NCBI GenBank assembly: GCA_965203055.1
Contig: OZ241863.1
Span: 2,560,001-2,624,000, forward strand
DNA: 64,000 bases
Origin: Spirochaetia bacterium
GTDB lineage: Bacteria; Spirochaetota; Spirochaetia; SZUA-6; Bin103
Direction: 5' to 3'
Shown here piece after piece: positions 50,543 through 61,101 of this stretch. The position numbers were made by a program, and so were the translations under genes. Position 1 is the stretch's first letter. Each line of letters starts with the position of its first letter. The notes beneath the pieces are model-generated. The model did no database searches and was not told the origin of the DNA. It saw nothing but the letters and a program-made list of their open reading frames with translations.

Positions 50543-51865
50543 CTACGGCCGGTACTCTACCAGGGCGGAGCGGCCGGTGACGTCGACGATGCGAACCCGC
50601 CGTTCCCGGCCGGCGGCGTCTGCAAGACGCAGTTCTTCGCCCGGAATGAACGGCACCGGCTGCGGTTGGCCGTCGTTGATGGCGATGTTCGACGCCGAGA
50701 CGAAGGTGCGGGCGCGGGCGTCGCGGACGGCATGCAACGTTCCGGTCAGCCCGGGCACGGAACCGGCGGCTTCCGGGAAGATGACCGAGCCGCCGTCCGG
50801 CAAGGCGGTGAGTTCGACCGCGAGCGCGCGCCGGCACGGCGTCCACTCCTGTTCCACGTGCGCGGCGTGGCCCGCCGCGGCGGCGTATACCGTCAGCGGC
50901 AGTTCGGTGGTGTGCAGGGCCGCCGCGGCGATGCCGGCGGCGTCGGCAGTGGCCCGCTGCCAAGTGCGGTTGGGGAACAGGATCAGCAGGTCGCTGCCGG
51001 GCAGGGGGCGCCCGGCAGCGCGCACCGCGATCCGCACCTGCGCCGGACTCGGCGTCGTGGGAGCGGAGGGGAGCACGACCAGCACCTCGGCGTCGGCGAT
51101 GACGCGGAACTGCGCCGGCTTGCCGCTCACGCTCCTGGTTTCGTTCAGGATCACCGGGACGCCGTCGCCGCGCCGTTCCATGAAGTAGCGCCGCTCCCCG
51201 CTGCCCCGCGTGTCGCCGGCCGGCATTCGGCCCAGCATGGAAGCCAGCACTTCGTTGCGCGTGGCCTGCCGATCGGCGATGTTCTCGACCGTCAAGCTGT
51301 TCGGCAGCGTGCCCGGCGACTGGATTTCCAGCCGGTCCGAGAACAACGACAGGCGGATGCGGCTGCCGCGGATGGAGTACAGGTCGCGGTGCGCCACCGC
51401 GTTGACCACGGCCTCGAAGATGGCGCGCTCGCTGTATTGGGGCAGATCGATGCGCGCCGGGTCATTGTGCGCCGCCACCTGCATGTTGCGCACGGCGAAG
51501 GCCACGGCGTCGGCGATCTGGCGGTTCAGCGGCCCGCCGATGGTCTGCGCGTCGACCTGCCCGGACGCGCGGTCGGCGCCGCGGTAGCGGGTAGCGGTGA
51601 TGCAGGCGTTGGGGAGCCACTGCTCCGGGGCGCGGCTGCACAACAGGATGCCGGCCACGGTCGCCCGCCGCGGGCCGTCCGCGGTGTCGGTCAACAGCCC
51701 CAACTTGGCGAGGGCGAGGTCGGGAGCGGCAGCGCCCTGAGCGCTCACCAGCGGTTTCCACAGCGCCTCATCCAGCGACCCGAAGCCGGTTTCCGGAACC
51801 GGCTGCTCGTCGAACCACAGGCCCAACCGCAACCGGCGCCGGATCACCTCTTCGCTCAACTCCAC
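50543..51865 (-). pseudogene. Schlafen/AlbA_2-HATPase_c_4 family protein apparently lacking its AlbA_2 domain
   Basis: EAVVNAVAHRD, EIQSPGTL, RNEVL and MERRGDGV (HATPase_c_4-like). The N-terminus jumps from RRRLRLG straight to LWFDEQPV. Confidence 0.6.
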
Positions 51866-52078
51866 CGTGCCACGCCGTTCCGCCGCCGGCAGTCTATCCT
51901 GCCGATGCGGTCGCGGTCCCGCGGGTTCTCAGCAGGTCGCCGCACCCGTCAGGTTCGCCCGCCTCCTATGGCGAGCTTGACAGCACGGGCTCGTACTACT
52001 ACGGTAACATAAATGGTGGTGCCTGCGATCGCATCGACGACGCGGGAGTGATATACTGATCCGAAGGAACACTGAACG

Positions 52079-52969
52079 ATGGCGACTACAGTAGGTTTCG
52101 CGAGCGAAAAAGGAGGAGTCGGGAAGACTACGATCTGCTATCACATAGCGATTGCGCTGAGCCGATTTCACGACAAGAAAGTGTTGGTGGTAGACGATGA
52201 TTATCAACGAGGCGGAATCACCGGAAGGTTTGTCGAGACTCTGATAGAGCAGTTTCGTAAGGAAAGAATCTAAGAACCGACATTGTTCTCCAAGTTCTTG
52301 CAGTTGTACAGTGGGAGCGATCTCACGTCGGACATCAACATCGTGACTACTGATATACCGGGTATCAAGCTCGTTCCGGCCGATCCTCGTTTGTCATCCG
52401 TTACCGTCGAGAAGATGCCAACGACGAACAACATCACGGAGAATATGCGTAGCCTATGGCGTCACTTGTCTCTCCTGGACACGGTACTCAGGCCAGTTCA
52501 AGGGGAGTTCGACTACATTCTCATAGACTCTCATCCGGACATCAATGATCTTATTCGTACGATCATTTACGTCTGTGACTTCGTCTGCTCACCGGTAAAG
52601 CTCGACCGTCAATCGACTGTTGGCGTTCCCTCGGCTATCGAAGCGATCGAGAACGTCAACGCCGACATGAAACTTGTCGGAAACGCAATGCGCGAGCAAG
52701 TAGACTACAATCCTACAAGGTATGCGGGGGCGATTGCTACCCAAGCTCGTGAATGGGGTGGGATGCTGAAGTGGTCCGAGAGAGGTGAATATCGACGTAT
52801 TGGTCGGCAGGGGTATGTCTTCGAGGCTTACGTTACGGAAGGAGATGGTTTGCGGAAAGCCGCGCGCGAACGGTGTCCGGTCTTCAACATAGGAGGCCAG
52901 AATGCCGCCAAGCAATCCGATCAGCTGCGCCGTCTCACCAGGGAGTTTCTGAAGCAATGTCCAACGTGA
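52079..52969 (+). pseudogene. ParA/Soj-family ATPase interrupted by an in-frame TAA (52271-52273)
   Basis: EKGGVGKTT deviant Walker A. The ORFs at 52079 and 52283 share a frame across one stop, and FDYILIDSHP lies downstream. Confidence 0.8.
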
Positions 52970-53385
52970 GACAAGACTTAGACGTTCGCCTCCTTACGCG
53001 CTGGCTGGGCGCTGCCGGAGCAAAGGCGGGATTATTGGAAAGTCGGCAATGGACGGTCGAAGCGCTTGCCGAGATGGCTCGCAATCTTGGGATCGAAGTC
53101 GCAAAGAGAGTGACCCGCCAGGAGTTGATCGACGAGATTGTCCGCGTTGCGAACAGGCGAATCGACAAATCGATCGACGAGCTCTTCGAAATGGAGCGAG
53201 ACGAGATCGTTCGTTACTTCGACGAGAACGGAGTGGAGACCGAGGAGCTTCTTGATCTACTGGAGGAGCTTGACCTTCGTCCCGACCGTAAGGGACGGAA
53301 GAACGTGATCAACTTCGCGGCCCGAGAGCTGGCCGAGACCGGACGGTTTCGGCGCATCGCCACAGCGAAGGCGGGGCCACGTTAA
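52957..53385 (+). CDS. small helical hypothetical protein coupled to the ParA-like gene
   Basis: 142-aa ORF overlapping the ParA 3' end by 13 nt, with charged helical composition. Confidence 0.65.
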   Translation: MSNVRQDLDVRLLTRWLGAAGAKAGLLESRQWTVEALAEMARNLGIEVAKRVTRQELIDEIVRVANRRIDKSIDELFEMERDEIVRYFDENGVETEELLDLLEELDLRPDRKGRKNVINFAARELAETGRFRRIATAKAGPR

Positions 53386-53429
53386 GCCAGTCGCTGACGT
53401 CATTTACAGAATCGCGCAATCTTATTTCC

Positions 53430-56400
53430 ATGAACCAACCCGCTGACGTGCGCTCCCGGCTGCGGGAGGCGCTGGGGCTTGATCTGATCGGCCCGGGGAC
53501 CGGCGATGCCCTGGCGGACGAGCGCCTGCCGGGGTGGGTGCGGCCGTCCAACTGGTATCTCACCGGCTTTCTGGCGCCGCGCGGCGCGCCGGCCGAGCAG
53601 CGCGCGGACGACGACGCGGACGACGACTTCGAACCGGAAGTCGCCGGCGAGGCGGGGCTTGGCGACGACTCCACCGAAGACCGCCGGGCGGCCAAGAAGG
53701 GCTTCTTCCCATCGTCGATCGGCTTGAGCTTTCTGGTCGCCGAGGGCGTTGGCGAGCTGGACGTGACCGTCCGCTGGGGAGACTACCGGCACGTCGAGGA
53801 TGAAGCCGGGAACGGCGATTCACCGAACGGCGAGCCGTCCGGCGCCGCGGCGAGCGCCGGCGCCGATGCCGACGCGGAAGCAGGCCGGGACGGCCCCTCA
53901 ACCTGGTGGCAACGCGCGCCGCGCCAAGAAGCCGTCCGGGTGGCGCTGCCGGCGGCCGGCCGCCAGCGCCACGTGGTGCCGGGCTCGCGCGGACTGATCC
54001 TGCACGCGGTCGCCCGGCCCGTGAACGCCGCCCGCTTCGCGGACCGGATTCCGCCGGGGACGCGCTCGGTGTCGCTGTTTCTGGTGAACGAACGGCCCCC
54101 GGCGGGCGACCGCGGCGACGAAGCGTTCGCCTTTCAGGCTGCGCTGGAGGTGCGCGGCTCGGTGCCGTTCGTCCCCCGGCCCGACCCGCGCGGCGGCTCC
54201 GGCGACGATCGGGACGCGCGCGTGGCCGACCTCCATTACGCCGGCACGCCGGAGTACGCCGCCGGCCACGGCGTCGCCGCCGACTGGGAGTTGACCGGCG
54301 GCGCCTGCCGCCTGCTGCGCACGGCCTGGATTCCGGCGGCTGAAGTCGAGAAGACCGAGACGGTCGAGGTGCCGGGGGTGGAGCTCGTCATGTCCGCCCT
54401 TGGCGGTCTGCCCGACGGGGCCGCCGCGGAACGGGCGTTGACCCCGCTGGTCACCGGCTACCGCGCCTGGATCGACGAGCGGGAGGCCGCGCTGACCGGC
54501 CTCGCCGGGGAACGCCGCGCCACCGCCGAGGAGCTGCTGTTCCTCGCGCGCGCCGCCGCCGACCGCATCGAGCGGGGCATTCGCGCGCTCGCCGGGGATG
54601 CGGACGCGCTCGACGCCTTCCGTGTGGCCAACCGCGCCGTGGACAAGGCGCTCGCGCGGCGCCTGGACCGTGAAGGGGTCACCGGGCCGCCCCGCTGGCG
54701 CGCCTTCCAGCTCGCCTTCCTGCTGCTGAACGTCCCCGGCCTGGCGGACCCGGCCAGCCCCGAACGGGAGTTCGTCGACCTGCTGTTCTTCCCGACCGGC
54801 GGCGGCAAGACCGAGGCGTATCTCGGGCTCGCCGCGTTCGCCATGGTGCTGCGGCGGCTGCGCAATCCGCAGGACGGCGGCCGGGCCGGGGCCGGCGTCA
54901 GCGTCATCATGCGCTACACCTTGCGGCTGCTGACGCTCGATCAGCTCGGGCGCGCGGCCGGCCTGGTGTGCGCGCTGGAACTGGAACGGCGCGCGGCCCC
55001 CGGCCGGTACGGCGAGTGGCCGTTCGAGATCGGCCTGTGGGTCGGCAAGGCGGGCACCCCGAACCGGCTCGGCCAAAAGGGAGACGGACGCCCCGACTCG
55101 GCGCGCAGCAAGGTCAGCCAGTACAAGAGCAACCCGCAGGGCAAGCCGGCTCCCATCCCGCTGGAGAACTGCCCGTGGTGCGGGGAGGCGTTCACGCCGG
55201 ATTCCTTCACCCTGCTGCCCGACTCCAACCGTCCCACCGAACTGCGCATCGTCTGCATCAACTGGGAGTGCGACTTCACGGGCGACGCGCCGCTGCCGAT
55301 CGTCGCCGTGGACGAGCCGCTGTACCGGCGCCTGCCGGCCTTTCTGATCGCCACCGTGGACAAGTTCGCCTCGCTGCCGTGGGTCGGCGAGTCCGGCGCG
55401 CTCCTCGGCGGCGCGGACCGCCATGACCGCATCGGGTTCTACGGCGCCGCCGAACCCCGCCGCGGGCGGCCGCTGAGCGGTCCGCTGCTGCCGCCGGACC
55501 TCGTCATCCAGGACGAGTTGCACCTGATCTCCGGCCCGCTCGGCACCATGGCCGGCCTCTACGAGGCGGCGTTCGAAGCGCTGTGCGCGCGCCCGATCGA
55601 CGGCCGCCCGTTGAAGCCGAAGATCGTCGCCTCGACCGCCACCGTCCGCCACGCGGACCAGCAGATTCAGGGTCTCTTCGGCCGGCAGACCACGCACGTC
55701 TTCCCGCCGCCGGGACCGGAGCGGGGCGACTCCTTCTTCGCCCGCACCATGCCCGCCGCGCAACGAAACGCGCGCGAGTACGCCGGCATCGCCGCCCAGG
55801 GCCGCAACCCGAAGGAGGCGATGCGCCGGGTCCTGCTGGCGCTGATGGGCGCGGCCGAGCGCGCGTGGCGCGACGCCGGCGGCCCCCGCAACCGGAACAA
55901 TCCGGCCGATCCCTACATGACCGTGCTCGGCTACTTCAACAGCCTGCGCGAGCTGGGCGGCGCCCGGCGCATCCTGGAAGAGGAAGTGCAGAACACGCTC
56001 AAGCGCTACGGCGACCGCCGGCGGCTCGGCGAAGCGCCGGGACAGGGACTGTTCCGCGACCGCGCCAGCTTCTCCGACGTGGTGGAGCTGACCTCGCGGG
56101 TGAGCACCGACCGCGTGGCCGAGGCGCGGCGGCGGCTGCAGACGACCTTCCACGACCGCAAGCAGCGGGTCGACTGCGCGATCGCGACCAACATGATCTC
56201 GGTCGGCCTCGACATACAACGGCTTGGGTTGATGCTGGTCTACGGGCAGCCGAAGACCAACTCGGAATACATCCAGGCAACCAGCCGAGTGGGCCGGGAC
56301 GATCGTCGCCCCGGATTGGTGGTGACGCTCTACAACGTCCACCGCCCGCGCGACCGGTCGCACTACGAGCGCTTCCGGCACTATCACGAGACCTTCTACC

Positions 56401-56915
56401 GCTCGGTGGAGGTCGCCAGCGTGACCCCCTTCGCCGCCCGCGCCCTGGACCGCGGCTTTGCCGGCGCGTTGGTGGCGCTCGCCCGCCACGCCCGCCCGTC
56501 CATGACGCCGCCGGCCGGGGTCGAAGCAATCGAGTCCGAACGCGCGGCGCTCGAACGGCTGCTGCTCGACGTCTTTCACTCCCGCATCGACGAGCAGCCG
56601 ATGCAGGACGAAGCCGAACGGGCCGAACGGCGGCGCAGCATCCGCAACCGCGTCGGCGAGCTGCTCGACTCCTGGCTCACGATCCTCGGCGACTACCGCA
56701 GCGGCGGCGTCCTGATGCAGTACCAGAAATACGAAGAGCCGCGCCGAAGGCCGCTCCTGCGCGAGATGCTGGACACCGACTTCGAGTCGGACCACCACCG
56801 GAAGTTCCGCGCCAACCGCTCGTTGCGCGACGTAGAACCGCAGGTGAACCTGTACCTGCAGGAACTGTCCAGCCGGATCACCGGACGCAACACGCCCAGG
56901 AGCTCGGACCAATGA
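53430..56915 (+). CDS. drmA: DISARM helicase DrmA
   Basis: DLIGPG...RPSNWYLTGFL, FPTGGGKTEAY, MRYTLRLLT, QDELHL, ATNMISVG and QATSRVGR motifs. Confidence 0.93.
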   Translation: MNQPADVRSRLREALGLDLIGPGTGDALADERLPGWVRPSNWYLTGFLAPRGAPAEQRADDDADDDFEPEVAGEAGLGDDSTEDRRAAKKGFFPSSIGLSFLVAEGVGELDVTVRWGDYRHVEDEAGNGDSPNGEPSGAAASAGADADAEAGRDGPSTWWQRAPRQEAVRVALPAAGRQRHVVPGSRGLILHAVARPVNAARFADRIPPGTRSVSLFLVNERPPAGDRGDEAFAFQAALEVRGSVPFVPRPDPRGGSGDDRDARVADLHYAGTPEYAAGHGVAADWELTGGACRLLRTAWIPAAEVEKTETVEVPGVELVMSALGGLPDGAAAERALTPLVTGYRAWIDEREAALTGLAGERRATAEELLFLARAAADRIERGIRALAGDADALDAFRVANRAVDKALARRLDREGVTGPPRWRAFQLAFLLLNVPGLADPASPEREFVDLLFFPTGGGKTEAYLGLAAFAMVLRRLRNPQDGGRAGAGVSVIMRYTLRLLTLDQLGRAAGLVCALELERRAAPGRYGEWPFEIGLWVGKAGTPNRLGQKGDGRPDSARSKVSQYKSNPQGKPAPIPLENCPWCGEAFTPDSFTLLPDSNRPTELRIVCINWECDFTGDAPLPIVAVDEPLYRRLPAFLIATVDKFASLPWVGESGALLGGADRHDRIGFYGAAEPRRGRPLSGPLLPPDLVIQDELHLISGPLGTMAGLYEAAFEALCARPIDGRPLKPKIVASTATVRHADQQIQGLFGRQTTHVFPPPGPERGDSFFARTMPAAQRNAREYAGIAAQGRNPKEAMRRVLLALMGAAERAWRDAGGPRNRNNPADPYMTVLGYFNSLRELGGARRILEEEVQNTLKRYGDRRRLGEAPGQGLFRDRASFSDVVELTSRVSTDRVAEARRRLQTTFHDRKQRVDCAIATNMISVGLDIQRLGLMLVYGQPKTNSEYIQATSRVGRDDRRPGLVVTLYNVHRPRDRSHYERFRHYHETFYRSVEVASVTPFAARALDRGFAGALVALARHARPSMTPPAGVEAIESERAALERLLLDVFHSRIDEQPMQDEAERAERRRSIRNRVGELLDSWLTILGDYRSGGVLMQYQKYEEPRRRPLLREMLDTDFESDHHRKFRANRSLRDVEPQVNLYLQELSSRITGRNTPRSSDQ

Positions 56916-58051
56916 TGCTGTTGCGCCTCAAGGCGAAGAACTATCGCAGTCTGCGCGACGTGAGCATCGACCTGGAGGACTTCAACGTGTTCATCGGCGC
57001 CAACGCGTCCGGCAAGAGCACCATACTCGACGCGCTTCGCTTTCTTCATGAAGGAGTGCATGCGCGTGACTTCGAGGGGGCGGTGTTTTCGAGAGGCGGC
57101 ATCCTCAATCTTGCTTGGAAGGGTGAGGAAGCCCATCAGATCGACTTGACGGTGACCCTCCTGGACGATGGAGAGCGAATCGAATGGTCGGTTCAGATCA
57201 CCAGGCAAGGTTTTCAGTTCCACGTAGCGGAGCGCGTTGAGCGGTTCCCCCCGCAGTCCCCACCGTCGGTACTGTTGGAGGCTGATCACGGCGACGGTTG
57301 GTGGTGGTCCGGCAACACCAATGAACGAGTCGAGATGAAGCAGTCGTCGACCGCTTGCGCGCTGGCGGCAGCTTCCGCGGATGCGAACTTTCCCGCGCGT
57401 GAAATTGCGGATTTCGTACGCCGATGGGGATTCTTCGATCCGAATCCGTTCCTGCTCCGCCGCGACTGGAGCAGCTTGGAGTCGAGCCGATTCGATCACT
57501 ACGGACGCAACTTGGCCGAGACACTCCACGCCCTGGCCCCCGACGTCAGAGAGCGGATCCGGCTGGCGACTCATGATATCGTCGGTCTTCCGACAGAGAT
57601 CGATACGCGTGAGACCGAAGATCGCTTCTACTTCGTGCAATGGGAGGAGGACCTGGAGTTTTCCGTACATCAAATGGGAGTATCCAGCGGCACGTTGCGT
57701 ATGCTGGCGCTGATGACGGCGCTTCACGGAGAACCGGGAGCCAACCTGTTGGGCATCGAGGAGCCGGAGAACTACGTCCATCCGAACGCATTGTCCGCCT
57801 TCGTCGATTATCTGCGTGACGCGCGCGAGCGAGTGCAGTTCATGGTGACCACCCATTCCCCGTTGCTGCTCGACCTGTTGGACGATCCGGCAGTTGTGTG
57901 CGTCGTTCAACGCCAGGGTGAGCAAGGGACGGCGGTGAGCCGGCAGAGCAACTCCGACGGCATCCGCAGGGCGCTGGCTGAATCGGGCTTCAGCCTCGGA
58001 GAATACTACCAGACAAGAGGCTTCGGAGCGGGAGCGGCTCATGATCGGTAA
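56912..58051 (+). CDS. ABC/SMC-like ATPase (AAA_21) inserted between drmA and drmB
   Basis: KNYRSL, IGANASGKST, SSGT, IEEPENYVHP and TTHSP. Overlaps both neighbours. Confidence 0.88.
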   Translation: MMLLRLKAKNYRSLRDVSIDLEDFNVFIGANASGKSTILDALRFLHEGVHARDFEGAVFSRGGILNLAWKGEEAHQIDLTVTLLDDGERIEWSVQITRQGFQFHVAERVERFPPQSPPSVLLEADHGDGWWWSGNTNERVEMKQSSTACALAAASADANFPAREIADFVRRWGFFDPNPFLLRRDWSSLESSRFDHYGRNLAETLHALAPDVRERIRLATHDIVGLPTEIDTRETEDRFYFVQWEEDLEFSVHQMGVSSGTLRMLALMTALHGEPGANLLGIEEPENYVHPNALSAFVDYLRDARERVQFMVTTHSPLLLDLLDDPAVVCVVQRQGEQGTAVSRQSNSDGIRRALAESGFSLGEYYQTRGFGAGAAHDR

Positions 58052-59837
58052 GGCGGACGGGCAGTTGCGCCGCAGCCAGGTGATTACGACGTTCGGGCCG
58101 GGAGCGCTGATCGATCTGCCGGACGACTCGGCGATCGTGGGCGGGCTCGACACCTGGGGCAACGAGTCCGACCTGGAACCGATCGAGGAGCCGCGCCTCG
58201 CGGCCAAGCTCGCGGACATGACCGGCGTAGCCGCGCCGCGGCTGTATGCGCCGCCGCCGGAGCCGGAACATCCGCAGGACCGCCGGCGCGGCATCGGCGG
58301 GTGGCGGTTTCCCGAGTGGTTCGTGGTGCAGGAGAACCCCCGTGACGGAGCGCCGCCCAGCTCGCGTTCGCGGCGCTTGGTGCACCGGACCGCGCTCGAC
58401 CGCGGCAGGTTCGACCGGCGGCCGGTGGTGGCGACACGGTTCGTGCGGGCGTGCGCCCGCGGCCACGTCGACGACATCGGCTGGCATCGCTTCGTCCACG
58501 GCCCGGACGACCCGTGCCGCGGGCAGCTCTGGCTCGACGAACGCGGCACCAGCGGCGATCTGGTCGAACAGATCGTGCGCTGCGAGTGCGGCAAGGCGCG
58601 GCGTATGCACGAGGCAGCGGACGTAGCGACCCGCGCCCTCGGCGCCTGCAGCGGCGCCCGGCCCTGGCTGGGCCGCCACGCCAACGAGCAGTGCGACCAG
58701 CCGAGCCGGCTGCTGATCCGCACCGCGTCCAACGCCTGGTTTCCGCAGGTGCTCAGCGTGCTCTCGCTGCCCGACCGCGGCACCGACGTCGAGCGGGCGG
58801 TCGACGAGCTCTGGCAGCACCTGCAGATCGTCGCCGACGCGGCGGATCTCGGCATCGTGAAGCGATACCCCGGCGTGGCCCACCGCCTAGCGGCGTTCTC
58901 TGACGGCGAAGTGCTCGCCGCGATCGCCGCCCGGCGTTCCGGCGGCGCGGGCGGCGATCGCCCCATCAAGCACGTCGAACTTGATGCGCTCCTTGCCGCC
59001 CCCGAGGGGTTCGGCGACGACGTGCCGGTCGATCATGACTTCCATGCCCGGCGCCTGCCGGCGTCGGCGTGGCGCGGGCCTCCGCATTGCGCCGGGATCG
59101 AGGCGGTCATCCAGGTGCACCGGCTCCGGGAGGTGCTGGCGCTGGCCGGGTTCACCCGCCTGGAACCGGTGATGCCCAAGGTGGACGGGGAGTACGAGTC
59201 GGAGGTCGAACGGGCCGACATCGCCCTGGAACCGCAGTGGTTCCCGGCAGTGGAGAATCGCGGGGAGGGCATCTTCATTCAGCTCCAGGCCGGCGCGGTG
59301 AAGGATTGGCTCGGCCGGCAGGCGGTGCAGGAGCGATTGGACCAACTGATCGACGGACACGCCGCCTGGGCGCGCGGGCGCGCCAGCGAGCGGCCCTATC
59401 CCGGCGGCCCGTACGTGCTGTTGCACACGCTCGCCCACCTGCTCATCCAGTCCCTTTCCATGCACTGCGGATATCCCGCCGCCGCGATCCGGGAACGCAT
59501 CTACGCGGACGACGCCGGCGAGCGCTACGCCCTGCTGCTGTATACCGCGAGCCCCGACGCCGAGGGCACGCTGGGCGGTCTGGTGCAGGAAGCGCGCCGC
59601 GTGGACTACCATCTGGAATCCGCGCTGGAGTCGGCGGCGCTCTGCTCCAACGATCCGGTGTGCGCCGAGCACCTGCCGGGACAGAGCATGGAGGAACGCT
59701 GGCTGCACGGGGCGGCGTGCCATGGCTGCGCGCTGATCGCGGAGACCTCGTGCGAGATGCGCAACGAGTACCTGGACCGCGCGCTGGTGGCGCCGGCGCT
59801 GGGCGCCGCCGGGGCCGCGTTCTTCGGCGCCGCGTGA
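58041..59837 (+). CDS. drmB: DISARM DUF1998 protein DrmB
   Basis: LRRSQVITTFGPG, LLHTLAHLLI, EGTLGGL and CSNDPVC...ACHGC...ETSCE. Confidence 0.93.
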   Translation: MIGKADGQLRRSQVITTFGPGALIDLPDDSAIVGGLDTWGNESDLEPIEEPRLAAKLADMTGVAAPRLYAPPPEPEHPQDRRRGIGGWRFPEWFVVQENPRDGAPPSSRSRRLVHRTALDRGRFDRRPVVATRFVRACARGHVDDIGWHRFVHGPDDPCRGQLWLDERGTSGDLVEQIVRCECGKARRMHEAADVATRALGACSGARPWLGRHANEQCDQPSRLLIRTASNAWFPQVLSVLSLPDRGTDVERAVDELWQHLQIVADAADLGIVKRYPGVAHRLAAFSDGEVLAAIAARRSGGAGGDRPIKHVELDALLAAPEGFGDDVPVDHDFHARRLPASAWRGPPHCAGIEAVIQVHRLREVLALAGFTRLEPVMPKVDGEYESEVERADIALEPQWFPAVENRGEGIFIQLQAGAVKDWLGRQAVQERLDQLIDGHAAWARGRASERPYPGGPYVLLHTLAHLLIQSLSMHCGYPAAAIRERIYADDAGERYALLLYTASPDAEGTLGGLVQEARRVDYHLESALESAALCSNDPVCAEHLPGQSMEERWLHGAACHGCALIAETSCEMRNEYLDRALVAPALGAAGAAFFGAA

Positions 59838-60613
59838 TCGACGCGCTGGTTGCCCTGCCGGCGCACACGCGCAGCCGACTGGCGCTGGCGCTCGACTCCG
59901 GCCTGCTCGCTCCGCCCTACTCGGCGGTCGCCGTCCGCGCCGCGGTCGGCCGCGGCCACCAGGACGCCATCCTGCAGGTGCTCCGGGAGTGGGAGCGCCG
60001 CGGCGTCACGCCGGCGGCGGGCGCCCTCTGGCTGCGCAGCCTGGCGCGCGCCGCCGGCCAGGCGCCGGCGCCCGACTTCGTCTGGACCGGCCCGGCAGTC
60101 GCCGGCCTGCACGCGCGCGACACGCGCCGGGTGTACGACGAGCTGATCGGCGCCGCGCGCCGTTCGATCTGGGTATGCAGCTACGCCTTCTTCGACGGGC
60201 CGCGCGCGTTCGCGACCCTGGCGCGGCGTCTGGACGCAGACCCGCGGCTCGACGTGACGCTGCTGCTCAACATCGAACGCCGGCGCGGCGACACGACCGC
60301 GGCCGCCAGCCTGGTGCGCCGCTTCGCGGACCGGTTCTGGGGCGAGTCGTGGCCGGGCGAGGCGCGCCCGCGGGTCTACTACGACCCGCGTTCGGTGGCC
60401 GATGACGGTCCCGCCGGCGTGCTCCACGCCAAGGCGGTGGTGGCCGACGGCGAGGCGGTGTTCGTCACCTCCGCGAACCTCACCGAGGCGGCGCTCGACC
60501 GCAATATAGAGATGGGACTCCTGATCCGGGACCGCACGCTGGCCGAGACCGCGGTGCTGCACTTCCGCACGCTGATCGAACAGGGCCTGCTGCGGCTGCT
60601 GCCACCCGCCTAG
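59834..60613 (+). CDS. drmC: DISARM phospholipase D-family nuclease DrmC
   Basis: VWTGP and LHAKAVVAD...TSANLT (HKD motif). GTGA overlap with drmB. Confidence 0.92.
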   Translation: MIDALVALPAHTRSRLALALDSGLLAPPYSAVAVRAAVGRGHQDAILQVLREWERRGVTPAAGALWLRSLARAAGQAPAPDFVWTGPAVAGLHARDTRRVYDELIGAARRSIWVCSYAFFDGPRAFATLARRLDADPRLDVTLLLNIERRRGDTTAAASLVRRFADRFWGESWPGEARPRVYYDPRSVADDGPAGVLHAKAVVADGEAVFVTSANLTEAALDRNIEMGLLIRDRTLAETAVLHFRTLIEQGLLRLLPPA

Positions 60614-60735
60614 CCTGCCGGCCCGGTCACGCGGGCTGCGCGAGGTCACGGAATCAACTTCCGCGACAAGTGGGTCTGGTCCGGGGTGGCCTCCGCAGGC
60701 TTGCGACGTGGGGCGCCAAACGGTACGTTGAAGAG

Positions 60736-61101
60736 GTGAGCTACGCAAACTCGGCCACCTGGGAGGCTGAACACAGCGCCGCCGAGGTACAGGACGCGTT
60801 CACTGACGCACAGCAAGAGGCGGAGCGGATCAAAAAGAAGTTCGTAGCAAACCTGCCACCAGGCTCACCAGCTTACGACGCCGAGTGGACCACCCGCTAC
60901 GGCAGTGAGGATCGGTTGATCTTCGTGTTTTCGGTAGTGCTTGATCTTGAAGAGGATTTCGACCTGGAGGACTACCCCTACGAGGCGGCACAGAACGCCA
61001 CTGAGGATCTGCGGCGGCTCTTGGTAGGAACCAAGGTCGACGCCTGGGGTGTCTACGTAGTTTCAGTGACAAGCAAGCCTAGATCGTTACCCGATGATTG
61101 A
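60736..61101 (+). CDS. acidic hypothetical protein, possible antitoxin of an MNT/HEPN-like pair
   Basis: 121-aa acidic ORF overlapping a HEPN-like gene remnant. Confidence 0.45.
   Translation: MSYANSATWEAEHSAAEVQDAFTDAQQEAERIKKKFVANLPPGSPAYDAEWTTRYGSEDRLIFVFSVVLDLEEDFDLEDYPYEAAQNATEDLRRLLVGTKVDAWGVYVVSVTSKPRSLPDD

Noticed and set aside
55583..58051. 822-aa fusion ORF from the track
   Set aside because: The upstream part is an off-frame overlap with drmA; the real ATPase starts at 56912.
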